Source: Kiritimatiellia bacterium (GTDB lineage Bacteria > Verrucomicrobiota > Kiritimatiellia > CAIQIC01 > Lenti-01). Taken from it: DNA of 64,000 nt. Every line of letters starts with the position of its first letter. Position 1 is the first letter of the stretch. A program made the position numbers and the translations under genes. The stretch covers positions 8,107 through 72,106 of the forward strand of contig JAQUJC010000004.1 in assembly GCA_028681135.1 (NCBI GenBank), written 5' to 3'. The notes beneath the pieces are model-generated. The model did no database searches and was not told the DNA's origin. It was given only the letters and a program-made list of their open reading frames with translations. This document shows positions 36,429 through 46,453 of this stretch, in pieces.

Positions 36429-36747
36429 AACGATCTACTGGTTTTGAGCAAACAAATAGTCGTGGTCTTCAAGTCTTTCGACTAGGCAATAGCCGAAATC
36501 TGCCAGTATGGACCACCGCTTCGTGCCGTGTTGCAATAATCGTCTGAATATAGTCTTCACCGGCGTTTGGCGCATATATTTTCGCCACCTCCCCATTTGT
36601 CATTTTCTGGGCGCTTGTAAGCTGAAAAATGAAATCTGGGGCGCTTTGGGAAAGGATGATTTGGTTAGTCAATGGATTTTGGGCTGGCGTCGAGGTGGCG
36701 TCGAGGCAAATGGACATTGGTCATGGGGGATGGTACACTTTCTGGCC

Positions 36748-37737
36748 ATGTCGAAAACACCTCACCTAACGATCATTGTACCGGCCTACAATGCGGCGAA
36801 GGATTTACCAGCGTGCCTGGAATCGCTTTATGCACAGACGGTGGCAATTCGCATTCTGATTGCGAATGACGGGTCCACGGACGATACTGCGGCGGTTGCC
36901 GATGCGGCGGCACGGTTGGAGATCGTGAGGGTGCTCCATCTCCCCCATTCGGGTGCCAATGCTGCTCGTCAAGCCGCCTTAGAGGCCGTTGATACCCCCT
37001 ATTTTGCTTTTGTTGATGCAGATGATGCATTGGAGCCGACCTTTGCTGAGGAGATGATCGAAGCCGCGGTGCGGCATAAGGCTGATTTGGTGTTCTGTCC
37101 GTACATTTGCGTGTATGACCGCGTTGAGCGGCACGTGTCGTATGGCGGAGAAGGAGACGCCTTCGCACGAGATGCTCACCCCCTTCGCAAAACACCTAAT
37201 TTGCTAGTGTCCGTTCCCGTCTTTTTTTGGGGAAAGCTGTTTCGCACTGAGTATGTTCGACCCCACATAGATTTTGCCCCTAAGGAATGCGCCCCGATGG
37301 AAGACATTCCGACGATCATTCCGCTTTTGATTGACATGCCGCGTATGGCCAAGGTTGCGACGCCGCTATATCGCTATGCTATTTCATCCGATTCTATGTG
37401 TCGGGTTTCCAAGCAGGAGCTTACCCGTATAGTGGCATTGCGCACATTGCATGAGCGTCTGGAGGCGATCGGGGCACTGCCGACGTTTTTGCCGCAATTG
37501 TATGCAATTAATCGGTGCTATCTTTTCGACCAACTGGAAAAATTGCGAGGGTATTGCGACCCGGCACATCAGCACCGCGTGATACGTGACTATTTCCGGC
37601 ATTTGGAAGGCACGCTGCCTGGCTGGCGCCCGCATCCGTTCCATCCGACGTTCTACGCAGCCTATTGGCATGGAGTCGTGGCGTGGAATACGTTGCGGAA
37701 TAGATTCACCCGACGGGGCAAGGATGGCGAAGACTAG
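36748..37737 (+). CDS. Family 2 glycosyltransferase (GT-A fold).
   Basis: The start at MSKTPHLTIIVPAYNAAKDLPACLESL is followed by ANDGSTDDT and a DADD (DxD) motif. The track ORF from 36508 has an implausible N-terminal extension. Confidence 0.75.
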   Translation: MSKTPHLTIIVPAYNAAKDLPACLESLYAQTVAIRILIANDGSTDDTAAVADAAARLEIVRVLHLPHSGANAARQAALEAVDTPYFAFVDADDALEPTFAEEMIEAAVRHKADLVFCPYICVYDRVERHVSYGGEGDAFARDAHPLRKTPNLLVSVPVFFWGKLFRTEYVRPHIDFAPKECAPMEDIPTIIPLLIDMPRMAKVATPLYRYAISSDSMCRVSKQELTRIVALRTLHERLEAIGALPTFLPQLYAINRCYLFDQLEKLRGYCDPAHQHRVIRDYFRHLEGTLPGWRPHPFHPTFYAAYWHGVVAWNTLRNRFTRRGKDGED

Positions 37738-37929
37738 CGAAGGGCATGATGGGGCTCACGTTGAGGGAAAGCGGTGGCGATGGCCGTCGTATCAACCGAA
37801 GGAATTTTGCAAGAGGCTCTCCTCATTGCCTTTTCTGGCACCAGCCGTGAACCAGGTACCCATGGCAACCGCCAGCCGTGGGGTGCCAACGCGGGGATGG
37901 ACGATCCTTTGCTACCGCAAGGAGCGCCC

Positions 37930-39063
37930 TCATGGGGTTGCCGTCTTTGGTGCTCCTTTCAGTCGATCATACAACCCGGCAAAGGCGGCCAGCACGGCAT
38001 CCGGCGCGTGGTGGTGCCGAACCTGTTCGCGCCCGTTGGAGCCCCAAATCGCGGCCGCGGCCGGCGTGTTCAGCATTTCGATCCAGACTGCTGCTAGGTC
38101 GGCAGCCGAAGCCGTCAACGGCAGTAGGCATCCCGTCTCGCCATCGCGCACCAGTTCGCGATTGCCGCCGCAATCGGTGGCCAGCACCGGCAAGCTCGCC
38201 GCCATATACTCCAGAATGGTGTTGGACAGCCCTTCGTTGCGGTTGGGTACCAGCGCGCCAACCTCGCACTGGCGCAGCAACGACGGCACGTCCAGCACCT
38301 CGCCCAAGAAACAGACGGCCTCCGCCACGCCCAAGGCGGCCGCTTGCGCGCGCAACGCCGGCAGTTCCCGCCCCTCCCCCGCGACGATTAGAACCGCCGC
38401 GGGCACCACCTGACGCACCTGCACCAGGGCGTCGATTAGCAACCCTGTATTTTTTTCGGGGTCCAGTCGATTCACCACCACCAGACGGCGGCCCGCCGGA
38501 AGCGCCGCCGCCGCCGAAAACGGTTCGCTCGCCCGGGCATCGAATTCGTCCAGGTCGACTAGATTAGGCCGTACCACGACTTTCTCTGCGGGCAAACCCT
38601 GGGCCAGAAAATGCTCCCGCACCGCTTCGGCATTGGCGACCACGCTAACGGCGGCCCGGTCGGCGCGACGCATCATGGCCAACTTCCATTTCGGATAAAT
38701 CTGTCCCAGATCGCGGCGGCTGGTCATGAACTTCACGTCTGCCCACTGCGCCGCAAACTGGCCAAAAATCGCCGCATCGGCATCCCACGCATGCAAAACA
38801 TCAATTTTTTCGTTGCGCAGCCAGGCGGCCAGCCGTCGGATCTCCCGCACCGTGGCCACCCGCGCCAAATGGCGGATGCGCACTTCATGCACCGGGCCGC
38901 AGGCGGCCTCGACCGCTTCGCGGAAGAAGCCCCGCTTATGAAACACCGCTACTCGGTGCGACAGCCCCCGCTGCGCCAGCCCCATGGCTACCCGTGCGCA
39001 TTGGCCTTCGGTTCCGCCGCGAATCAGATCAAAAACGAGATGGGCGACCTTGGGCGTGCTCAT
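37930..39063 (-). CDS. Family 4 glycosyltransferase (GT-B fold, glycosyl transferase group 1).
   Basis: The 377-aa product has an N-terminal HLVFDLIRGGTEGQ region and a C-terminal EGLSNTILEYMAASLPVLATD region with the E-x7-E-like GT4 pattern. Confidence 0.75.
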   Translation of the reverse strand: MSTPKVAHLVFDLIRGGTEGQCARVAMGLAQRGLSHRVAVFHKRGFFREAVEAACGPVHEVRIRHLARVATVREIRRLAAWLRNEKIDVLHAWDADAAIFGQFAAQWADVKFMTSRRDLGQIYPKWKLAMMRRADRAAVSVVANAEAVREHFLAQGLPAEKVVVRPNLVDLDEFDARASEPFSAAAALPAGRRLVVVNRLDPEKNTGLLIDALVQVRQVVPAAVLIVAGEGRELPALRAQAAALGVAEAVCFLGEVLDVPSLLRQCEVGALVPNRNEGLSNTILEYMAASLPVLATDCGGNRELVRDGETGCLLPLTASAADLAAVWIEMLNTPAAAAIWGSNGREQVRHHHAPDAVLAAFAGLYDRLKGAPKTATP

Positions 39064-39168
39064 GGGTGGCCCTTACTGAATGGCCGACGAGCAAAAACCG
39101 CCCGACGGGGTCGTCGGGTCTCCATGGAAAACAAAAACCACCGAATTGGAGCTGGAACAGCGGGACCT

Positions 39169-39619
39169 CGTGGCGGTCTTCGGCTCACCCGGAGGGTTCG
39201 CCCTACCTGGGGCAAAGTCCGGCTTTGGGTAGTGACGCCGCACTGTCGGTGTCCGTATAAATTGCCAACCTGACCGCCCGGTCGGCACGGAGGTCGCCCC
39301 TCTAGACCCCCTAATCTGTGTCCATTTGTGTTCATCCGTGGTTCACCTGTCCGAAACTGGAGCCGACACGATCCCGTGGCGGTCTTCGGCTCACCCGGAG
39401 GGTTCGCCCTACCTGGGGCAAAGTCCGGCTTTGGGTAGTGACGCCGCACCGTCGGTGTCCGTATAAATTGCCAACCTGACCGCCCGGTCGGCACGGAGGT
39501 CGCCCCTCTAGACCCCCTAATCTGTGTCCATTTGTGTTCATCCGTGGTTCACCTGTCCAAAACTGGAGCCGGCACGATCCCGTGGCGGTCTTCGGCTCAC
39601 CCGGAGGGTTCGCCCTACC
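39169..39619. repeat. Tandem repeat with a 206-bp unit. There are two near-identical full copies (39169-39374 and 39375-39580) and a ~39-bp partial third copy. Each unit contains a family-C hairpin arm (cggctcacccggagggttcgccctacc...gggtag).
   Basis: Landmarks cgtggcggtcttcgg sit at 39169, 39375 and 39581. Landmarks ctaatctgtg sit at 39311 and 39517. There are only ~3 mismatches between the full copies. A degenerate partial copy also precedes position 39169. Confidence 0.9.
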
Positions 39620-39662
39620 GCAGACAACATCTGGAACATTTGGAATTGCGTCAGAGGGATGT

Positions 39663-40892
39663 TCATTTCACCAACGGCTCCACTTCGCGCCACAGTTCTT
39701 CGGCTGCGAGGCGGATGCCCGCATCGTTCCAATGGGTGTCATCGCGCCAGTAGAGCCGCTGTCCCCGGGCTGTCGCCGCCTCAAAGACGGGCAGGAGATT
39801 CACAGTCGGGATGCCATTCGAGGTTAGCCCTGCGGTAATGGCGGCCAATAATTCTGGACCGCGTGCCAGGGCCTGCTGCTGTTCGAGCGGTAGCGCGCGC
39901 GCATGAATTTGTTCTTTTTCGGGAACCAGCAGAACTACCAAGGTTATGCCACGATCGCGCAGCCCCTCCGCCACGGAGGCCACGGTCTGCACGATGGGCG
40001 GGGCATCTGCTTCGGGCGTCAGCAGCGGCAACACGCGCAGGTTTTCCCCGTAAAACAGCATGGGCCCAAATTGGGGGTCGTCCGCCCCCAGTACGTCGCT
40101 CGGCCATTCCCGAAAGACCTGCCATTCGATGTGTCGCCAGGCCTGCCGTGCGGCATAGGCTGTCAACGAGGTATTGGGCCAGGCGTTGCGCAGCACGGCG
40201 GGAGCCAGATGATCCCATAAAATGCGCGAGGCTGCTGCGCTGGGCTGTGCATCCACGGCTAACGTTCGGTCAAACCAAGCCTGGACCGCCTGTCGCTGGA
40301 AAAGCGGCGCGCCCAATTCCCGCGCGGTCAGGTTCCACACCACGACTCGCGGCGGCGGATCAAAGCGGTCGGCCGCCAAAAATCGGCGCAGTTCCAAAAA
40401 GGGCCCCGAGCCACGACGGGCATGATTGTAAACGCCGATGTGTCCGATATCGGCCACGACCTGGGCCACCGTTTGTGTGCCCAGTGACACCATGAAGCTA
40501 TCGCCGACCATCAGGACCGAACACATCCCGGTCGCCATCGCGGACGAATTGACATAGCCCCAGGCATCAAACGGCAACACAATTTCCGGATGGAACTCCG
40601 CATAGCGGGCCGCGAGCGACGATCCCGGCAGCATCTGGGTCAACCCGGCTCCCGTCTGGGCCGGGATGAGTTGACTGCGTGCCGCCGCCGCCCCTGTGCC
40701 CACCGATGTCGCCGGGCGACCTGTCGGCAGCCACTGGTCTTGCCATCGAAATAGCCTCAGCCGCGCCACCCAATCACCGGCTACCATCAACAGCCAGGCC
40801 GTCAGCAAAATGCTCACCCACCCCCTCAGCCATCGGGGCCGCGCGGACTCAAATTCCGTCCGTAGGTCAGGTTGGGGGATGTGGTCGTTCAT
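39663..40892 (-). CDS. AlgX/AlgJ-like SGNH-hydrolase-fold protein, the periplasmic partner of an MBOAT O-acyltransferase. It is predicted to be a polysaccharide O-acetylation component.
   Basis: There is an N-terminal TM anchor. The C-terminal RDDTHWN motif is characteristic of AlgJ/AlgX. The gene begins 7 nt after the MBOAT stop. Confidence 0.6.
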   Translation of the reverse strand: MNDHIPQPDLRTEFESARPRWLRGWVSILLTAWLLMVAGDWVARLRLFRWQDQWLPTGRPATSVGTGAAAARSQLIPAQTGAGLTQMLPGSSLAARYAEFHPEIVLPFDAWGYVNSSAMATGMCSVLMVGDSFMVSLGTQTVAQVVADIGHIGVYNHARRGSGPFLELRRFLAADRFDPPPRVVVWNLTARELGAPLFQRQAVQAWFDRTLAVDAQPSAAASRILWDHLAPAVLRNAWPNTSLTAYAARQAWRHIEWQVFREWPSDVLGADDPQFGPMLFYGENLRVLPLLTPEADAPPIVQTVASVAEGLRDRGITLVVLLVPEKEQIHARALPLEQQQALARGPELLAAITAGLTSNGIPTVNLLPVFEAATARGQRLYWRDDTHWNDAGIRLAAEELWREVEPLVK

Positions 40893-40898
40893 ATTGGC

Positions 40899-42299
40899 TC
40901 AAAATTGAAAATACAGGAATGGTGAACTTGTATTGACCAGGAAAGTCGCCACACACAGCACAAACAGCGCCAACAACACCGTCGCCAGCCAGATGCTCGG
41001 CCGCCAGCGGATTTCCCACGTGTTGCGGGCGGCAAAGACCATCCCCAGACAGATTATCAGCGCTGTCCAATTCAAGGCCCCGGTCCCGGACAGCGGATAG
41101 GTCGCCCCCCAGCCATTGACCCCGACGAGCCCTTTGGCCATGCGGACGACTCCGGCCAGCGTCGGCGAGCGAAACAACACCCAGCCCACCATCACCAGCA
41201 CAAAGGTGAACACCCTCTGGACGGGCGCGGGAAATCGCCAGACAAAACCACGCTTGCCGCCCATCCGTTCGAGGGCCAGCAACGTCCCATGATAGGCGCC
41301 CCAGAGCACAAAAGTCCAACTGGCCCCATGCCACAACCCGCCCAGTAGCATCGTCAGGAACAGGTTGATATAGGTGCGCACCGGCCCCTTGCGATTGCCG
41401 CCCAGCGGCACGTACAGGTAGTCCCGCAACCACGATGAGAGCGAGATGTGCCAGCGCCGCCAGAAGTCTGTGATCGAAAGCGATTTGTAGGGCGAATTAA
41501 AATTTTGAGGAAACTGGAAACCCAGCAGCAGCCCGAGGCCCACCGCCATATCCGAATAACCGCTGAAGTCGAAATATATTTGCACGGTATAAGCCAGCAG
41601 GCTGCTCCAGGCCCCGGCCCATCCCAGCACGGCCTGGGAAAACCCCCAATCGGCCATGGGTGCGACGGCATCGGCCAGCAGCACCTTTTTGGACAAGCCC
41701 AACACGAAGAGCGTGATTCCCGCGCCCGCCTTGGCCCAGGTGTGACTGCGCTGCCGCAGTTGATTATCTAGCTCGCGGTAGCGCACGATTGGCCCCGCCA
41801 CCAATTGCGGAAACAGCGATACATAACAGGCAAAATCAATAAAACTCCGCGCTGGGCGCGCCTGTCCCCGGTAGATGTCGATCGTGTAGCTCATCGCCTG
41901 GAAGGTGTAGAACGAAATGCCCACCGGCAGCACCAGGTGCAGCAAGGGGACCCCGCCGGATGCCGCACCCAGCCACTGCGTTAATGCGTTCACGGTCTCC
42001 GCGCCCAAATCATAGTATTTGAAGAACCCCAGAATGGCCAAATCCGCACTCACCGCCACGGTCAGCCAGCGCTTTTTGGAGGCCGGCGCGCGCGCCGCCG
42101 CGATCCGTCCGCCGGCGATATAGTCGATGGTGGTCGTCAGCAGCAGCAATCCGCAAAAGCGATAATCCCACCAGCCATAGAACACGTAACTGGCCAACGC
42201 CAACCAGCCGTGGCGCCAGCGCCGCGGCAACAGCAGGTAGTAGCCGGCCAAGACAGCCGGCAACAGCAAAAAGATGAATTCGTAGGAATTGAACAACAT
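40899..42299 (-). CDS. MBOAT-family membrane-bound O-acyltransferase (AlgI/DltB-like).
   Basis: The 466-aa product is multi-TM, begins MLFNSYEFIFLLLPAVLAGYY, and has the conserved His-containing MBOAT core (..WRRWHISLSSWLRDYLYVPLGG..). Confidence 0.8.
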   Translation of the reverse strand: MLFNSYEFIFLLLPAVLAGYYLLLPRRWRHGWLALASYVFYGWWDYRFCGLLLLTTTIDYIAGGRIAAARAPASKKRWLTVAVSADLAILGFFKYYDLGAETVNALTQWLGAASGGVPLLHLVLPVGISFYTFQAMSYTIDIYRGQARPARSFIDFACYVSLFPQLVAGPIVRYRELDNQLRQRSHTWAKAGAGITLFVLGLSKKVLLADAVAPMADWGFSQAVLGWAGAWSSLLAYTVQIYFDFSGYSDMAVGLGLLLGFQFPQNFNSPYKSLSITDFWRRWHISLSSWLRDYLYVPLGGNRKGPVRTYINLFLTMLLGGLWHGASWTFVLWGAYHGTLLALERMGGKRGFVWRFPAPVQRVFTFVLVMVGWVLFRSPTLAGVVRMAKGLVGVNGWGATYPLSGTGALNWTALIICLGMVFAARNTWEIRWRPSIWLATVLLALFVLCVATFLVNTSSPFLYFQF

Positions 42300-42303
42300 G
42301 GCG

Positions 42304-43650
42304 CTATCCGCCCGCCATCTGAATCATCTTGGCATCGCGTTCCGCCCGCAGAATTCCCATCAGTGCCGATACAGAACCCGCCAGAATCATCATCGGCGGA
42401 TGCCACGGCAAGGGGCTGAAAAATCCGCCCACCGCGATGGCCACAGCCTGAAGCTGAAACGTCCAGCCCAAATCCCGGACGGCCGGCCAATGCGCCGCAT
42501 TTTGCCGCACCCAATTGCCTCCAAAGAAAATCAACCCGACGAAACCCACATATAGCCCCATCCCGATCACTCCCATTTGCCGCCCTGCCATCAGGATTTC
42601 ACAGTGCACCTGTCCGCTGGCCATGGGGAAGCGATCCTCATATTGGGATGCATTGGGATTAACACCTACTCCAAACAAGGGGTAGGTCTTGATTAAGGCC
42701 CACGTGTCCCGATTCTTGGCCTGGCGCTCATCAGCGCTCTGTTCATCCTGGGACATTGGGCCCGTGCGTTCCGTATCTCCGCCGCCCAAAAAGGCGGCGA
42801 TCGATTGGGGAATCGTACGGAAGCGTTCCTTATTTTTTTCGCCCGTCAACGGAAACAGTAAAACAAGCGCAATGCCGACGCCCACCAAGGTTTTCCAGCG
42901 GTGCCGGCCATAGTGAGGCAGCAGAAAAATTCCCAAGACGATCAGCGTCACCAAGCCCGTCCGGCTGCCCGTTTCGAATATGATCCAGACCGCCGCCAGG
43001 GCGCAGGCGAGAAAGCCCCAGCGCACCCATGGGCGGGTCGCTCGCTGATAGGCATACAGATACAGCGGCAAAAACACACACATCATGTAGGCGAATCCAT
43101 TCGGATTTTCGATCATGGATACTGCCGCTCCCATTAAACGATCCCCCGAATAGGTCGCCCCCAGGGCTGACAACCTCAATCCAGCCTTCACCCACCACAG
43201 CGTTGCAATCAACATCGTTATCTGCACCGCCCAGACCCGCTCCACCGTTGTGGCCAATGCTGCAATCATGATCAATAGAAGGGCATTTTTAATGAGGATA
43301 TCCAGATAAGGATTCCAGGCCGGAGAAATCTGATAGATACCAACATGCTGCGAAAGCGTAGCAAACAGCATGAGCGCAATGGCCAATATCGTTCCCAGCC
43401 CCAGACGCAGCAGAGACCGTCGTCCCTCCAGGCAGGAAACAATATGTAACCCAACACCGATGATAAATGCCAAATTAGCAATCCGTAATGGCCACAAAAA
43501 CGTGAACCGGTTTTGCGGCTGCACAAACAGGATGCAGATATACCACAATATAAACCGAAAGGCCCAAAGGTTCATGCCGATGGCCTCCATTGGAGCCACT
43601 GACGATTGCGTTGGCAAGATGGCGCGGGAAAAACCATGACAATGAGGCAC
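42304..43650 (-). CDS. O-antigen ligase / Wzy-like polymerase family membrane protein.
   Basis: There are ~10-12 predicted TM helices with a large periplasmic loop, in a polysaccharide-locus context. The true start may be 43590 or 43575. Confidence 0.5.
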   Translation of the reverse strand: MPHCHGFSRAILPTQSSVAPMEAIGMNLWAFRFILWYICILFVQPQNRFTFLWPLRIANLAFIIGVGLHIVSCLEGRRSLLRLGLGTILAIALMLFATLSQHVGIYQISPAWNPYLDILIKNALLLIMIAALATTVERVWAVQITMLIATLWWVKAGLRLSALGATYSGDRLMGAAVSMIENPNGFAYMMCVFLPLYLYAYQRATRPWVRWGFLACALAAVWIIFETGSRTGLVTLIVLGIFLLPHYGRHRWKTLVGVGIALVLLFPLTGEKNKERFRTIPQSIAAFLGGGDTERTGPMSQDEQSADERQAKNRDTWALIKTYPLFGVGVNPNASQYEDRFPMASGQVHCEILMAGRQMGVIGMGLYVGFVGLIFFGGNWVRQNAAHWPAVRDLGWTFQLQAVAIAVGGFFSPLPWHPPMMILAGSVSALMGILRAERDAKMIQMAGG

Positions 43651-43842
43651 TATAGGGGCCGCCCCTCCTTACCGCAACGGATTTCAGCCCGATTCCCAGC
43701 CAACATGGGCCCCTCAGCCTTCACCTTTCAGCCCTCATCCCCCATCTTCCCTCCCCTTTGAACGGGTGGGCTCCTCTTGCGCCCTTTGCGCCCCTTGCAT
43801 TACACTGACAGCCGCGGCCCTCCCATCAGTCTCTTTTTCTCA

Positions 43843-44544
43843 CTATTGCCGCAGGTGCTGGCCGCCATCCACGAACAGAATCTGGCCGGTAATGGATTGG
43901 GATTTGCACAAAAACACGACAGCCTGCGCCACATCCTCGACCGTCGGCCGCCGCCCCAGCGGCAGTTCTCCGGCGGCTTCGCGCACACCCTCCGGCACCA
44001 GCACCGGCCCCGGCGCCACCCCATTTACCCGCACCCGCGGTGCCCACGCCCGCGCCAGCGACACCACCGACTCCGCTACCTCCCGTTTCGTGGCCGTATA
44101 CGTTTGGAACTCCCCGGTCGCGGGCCAGGCAATACGGCTATCCAGCATCTGCACCACACACCCGCCTGTCGGCTGATCGGCCAGCATCCGGGCCAGGTGC
44201 TGCGGTGCCGCCACATTCACCGCCTGCAGTTCTGCCAGGTCCATCTGCCCATCGCGCCCAAACACCGCCGCATTATTGACCAAGATATCCACCCGCCCCA
44301 TCCAATCGGCCGCCTCACGAAACACCCACTCGCAGCCCTGCGGTGTGGACAAGTCCCCACGCACGGAAAATACCCCCTGGCCCAGTGTGTGGTTCATCCC
44401 GATGGACTCTTTTTCGGAATGGAGATACTGCACCACGACACTGGCACCCTGTGCCGCCAGCTCGCGGCAAATGGCTGCTCCGATGCGCCGCGCCCCCCCC
44501 GTCACCAATGCCACCCGCCCCTGCAAATTACCTCTCGCGCTCAT
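43843..44544 (-). CDS. SDR-family NAD(P)-dependent oxidoreductase.
   Basis: The N-terminal TGGARRIGAAI (TGxxxGIG) cofactor motif and SDR length (233 aa) fit the family. Confidence 0.75.
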   Translation of the reverse strand: MSARGNLQGRVALVTGGARRIGAAICRELAAQGASVVVQYLHSEKESIGMNHTLGQGVFSVRGDLSTPQGCEWVFREAADWMGRVDILVNNAAVFGRDGQMDLAELQAVNVAAPQHLARMLADQPTGGCVVQMLDSRIAWPATGEFQTYTATKREVAESVVSLARAWAPRVRVNGVAPGPVLVPEGVREAAGELPLGRRPTVEDVAQAVVFLCKSQSITGQILFVDGGQHLRQ

Positions 44545-44560
44545 GACACCACCCGATGGA

Positions 44561-45895
44561 TCAGCCTTTGGTGCGCGTATCGATCACTCGCACCGCTTTG
44601 CCTTCTGACCGCGGTGTACGGCCGGGTTCCACCAGACGCACTTTGGCATGCACCGCCAGCGCCGTCTCCAGGGTGCGCTCAATGTTGTTCTTCATCGCCT
44701 GCTGCTTGGTCATTTCGTCAAAGAAGAGCGCCTCCGTAACCTCCACCAGCACCTCCAGCACGTCCAGGGCCCCCTCGCGGCTCACCACGATCTGGTAATG
44801 CGGTGCCACGCCATCAATCGACAGCAACGCTTTCTCGACCTGCTGCGGATACACATTCACGCCCCGGATGATCAACATGTCGTCGCTGCGGGCCGACACC
44901 TTGCTCATGCGCCGTCCCGTCCGCCCGCAGGGGCACTCATCTGCCAGGAATCGACACAAGTCGTGCGTTCGATAGCGCACCACGGGAATGGCCTCTTTAG
45001 TCAGCGTGGTCAGGACCATTTCGCCGCCCTCGCCATACGGGTCTGCCACGGGCACGCCGGTCGTTGGGTCAATCAATTCCGGCAGAAAATGATCTTCGGC
45101 AATATGCATGCCCTGTTGCTCGATACACTCGCATGACACCCCCGGGCCCATCACCTCGCTCAATCCATAGTTGTCGGTGGCAAACACGCCCAGGCTCTTT
45201 TCCAGTGCCCGGCGCATCTCATCGCTCCACGCCTCGCCCCCAAACAACCCCAGTCGCAGCCGAAGGTCGCTGGCGGACCCCGTTTTCTGGATCAACTCGG
45301 CCAAATACATGCCGTAGGACGGCGTGCAAATCAGCACTGTGGAGCCGTAATCCTTCATGATCTGGATTTGGCGCTCGCTTTTACCCGAGGAGATGGGCAA
45401 CACCGCCGCGCCTATTTTTTCAAGGCCATAGTGATGTCCGATGCCGCCAGTAAAGAAGCCATAACCGAAGGCAACCTGCACAATGTCACAATTTGTCAGA
45501 CCCGCGGCGGTATGCAGGCGCGCCATCAGCTCCGACCACGTGTCGAGATCCTGCGTAGTATAGCCCACCACGGTCGCTTGGCCGGTCGTCCCTGACGACG
45601 CATGAATGCGCACGACCTCCTCCATCGGCACCGCGAATGCTTGATAGGGAAAACACCCCCGCAGATCATCCTTGGTTGTGAAGGGCAGCTTCGCCACATC
45701 CGCCAGGGAGCGGATATCCGTGGGCGTGACCCCCGCCGCCTCCATTTTGGCCCGGTAGTAGCCCACTTTCTCCCATGCGGCCTGCACGATGCCCTGCAAT
45801 CGCTTCAGTTGCAGCGCTTCCAGCTCCCCTCGGGGCATGCACTCGCACGCCGGGTTCCATATGCGATTAGCGGGCTTCTTGGAGGTAGTCATCAT
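44561..45895 (-). CDS. Phenylacetate-CoA ligase-like adenylate-forming enzyme (PaaK/CapK/coenzyme F390 synthetase family).
   Basis: The sequence reads ...ASSGTTGQATVVGYTTQD...YGLSEVMGPGVS.... The family is recognised by its overall pattern, and CapK-like members are common in capsule loci. The start is at the MMTTSKKP ATG (45895). Confidence 0.65.
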   Translation of the reverse strand: MMTTSKKPANRIWNPACECMPRGELEALQLKRLQGIVQAAWEKVGYYRAKMEAAGVTPTDIRSLADVAKLPFTTKDDLRGCFPYQAFAVPMEEVVRIHASSGTTGQATVVGYTTQDLDTWSELMARLHTAAGLTNCDIVQVAFGYGFFTGGIGHHYGLEKIGAAVLPISSGKSERQIQIMKDYGSTVLICTPSYGMYLAELIQKTGSASDLRLRLGLFGGEAWSDEMRRALEKSLGVFATDNYGLSEVMGPGVSCECIEQQGMHIAEDHFLPELIDPTTGVPVADPYGEGGEMVLTTLTKEAIPVVRYRTHDLCRFLADECPCGRTGRRMSKVSARSDDMLIIRGVNVYPQQVEKALLSIDGVAPHYQIVVSREGALDVLEVLVEVTEALFFDEMTKQQAMKNNIERTLETALAVHAKVRLVEPGRTPRSEGKAVRVIDTRTKG

Positions 45896-46099
45896 CCGCT
45901 CACTGTAATCCCCCCCCGCACCCGGTTCAATCCCGAATCCCGGTGGATGCTGGTCGTTGGTCAATCCAAATCCGTTTATGCCACAGAGGGCCACCGAGAT
46001 TCACAGAGAGGAGCCAAATTCCCTTTCCCACCGCATGTCGTAATTTTCGTGAATTTCGTAGTTTGGCTTTTCCGATCCCTCTTCCCCTTATTCGGACCA

Positions 46100-46260
46100 T
46101 TCGTGTCATTTGTAGTAAAACTGCTTTCCCTCCGTGTCTCCGTGCCTCTGTGAGAACCCGGCTGTTTCCCTAAGTTCATGAGTTCAGATTCACCCGCCTC
46201 CCCTCTGACATTGGATGTTAAGTTCCAAAACTCATTCGCGTCTTGGCGTGAGACCGGCTG
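46100..46260. repeat. Dispersed intergenic element, family A, copy 2.
   Basis: It reads cattcgtgtcatttgtagt...ccctaagttcatgagttcagattcacc...cgcgtcttggcgtgagaccggctgg. It matches 12900..13070 and 50380..50545. Confidence 0.6.
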
Positions 46261-46453
46261 GTCCGAGCGCTCCCCTAAAGACTAAACATAACCCTCCCCC
46301 CCCCCATTGACACGCCGCATGGAACAGCCTATTCTTCCCACTGTCATTGCCAGTTCAGCCGCACCTGTGGCGCGACCGATGGGACTGGCCAAGGCCAATT
46401 AAAGGAATTTATCCGCGCAACATCCTGCTACCGCCGGACGACTCCGCCGCCCC

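Noticed and set aside
37586-38567. Plus-strand ORFs 37586..38413 and 37878..38567 overlapping the GT4 gene.
   Set aside because: They are antisense to a GT4 gene with clear family motifs. They are Arg/Pro/Ala-rich and low-complexity.
39181-39235. The caaagtccggcttt segment of the family-C element resembles the RNase P RNA P4 motif AAAGTCCGG.
   Set aside because: The rest of the conserved RNase P architecture is absent, and the motif sits inside a tandemly repeated unit. It is not an RNase P gene.
39060-39541. Small duplicated ORFs in the 206-bp tandem repeat (39073..39288, 39060..39494 and 39332..39541).
   Set aside because: They exist only because the unit is repeated, giving the same peptide from each copy. 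There is no RBS or start context. The region is better explained as a non-coding tandem repeat carrying hairpin elements.
46319-46402. 27-aa ORF upstream of the C39-like gene as a definite precursor-peptide gene.
   Set aside because: It was not promoted to a feature. There is no Shine-Dalgarno, no Gly-Gly leader motif, and no conservation evidence is available. It is kept only as a low-confidence hypothesis within the ligase-system finding.
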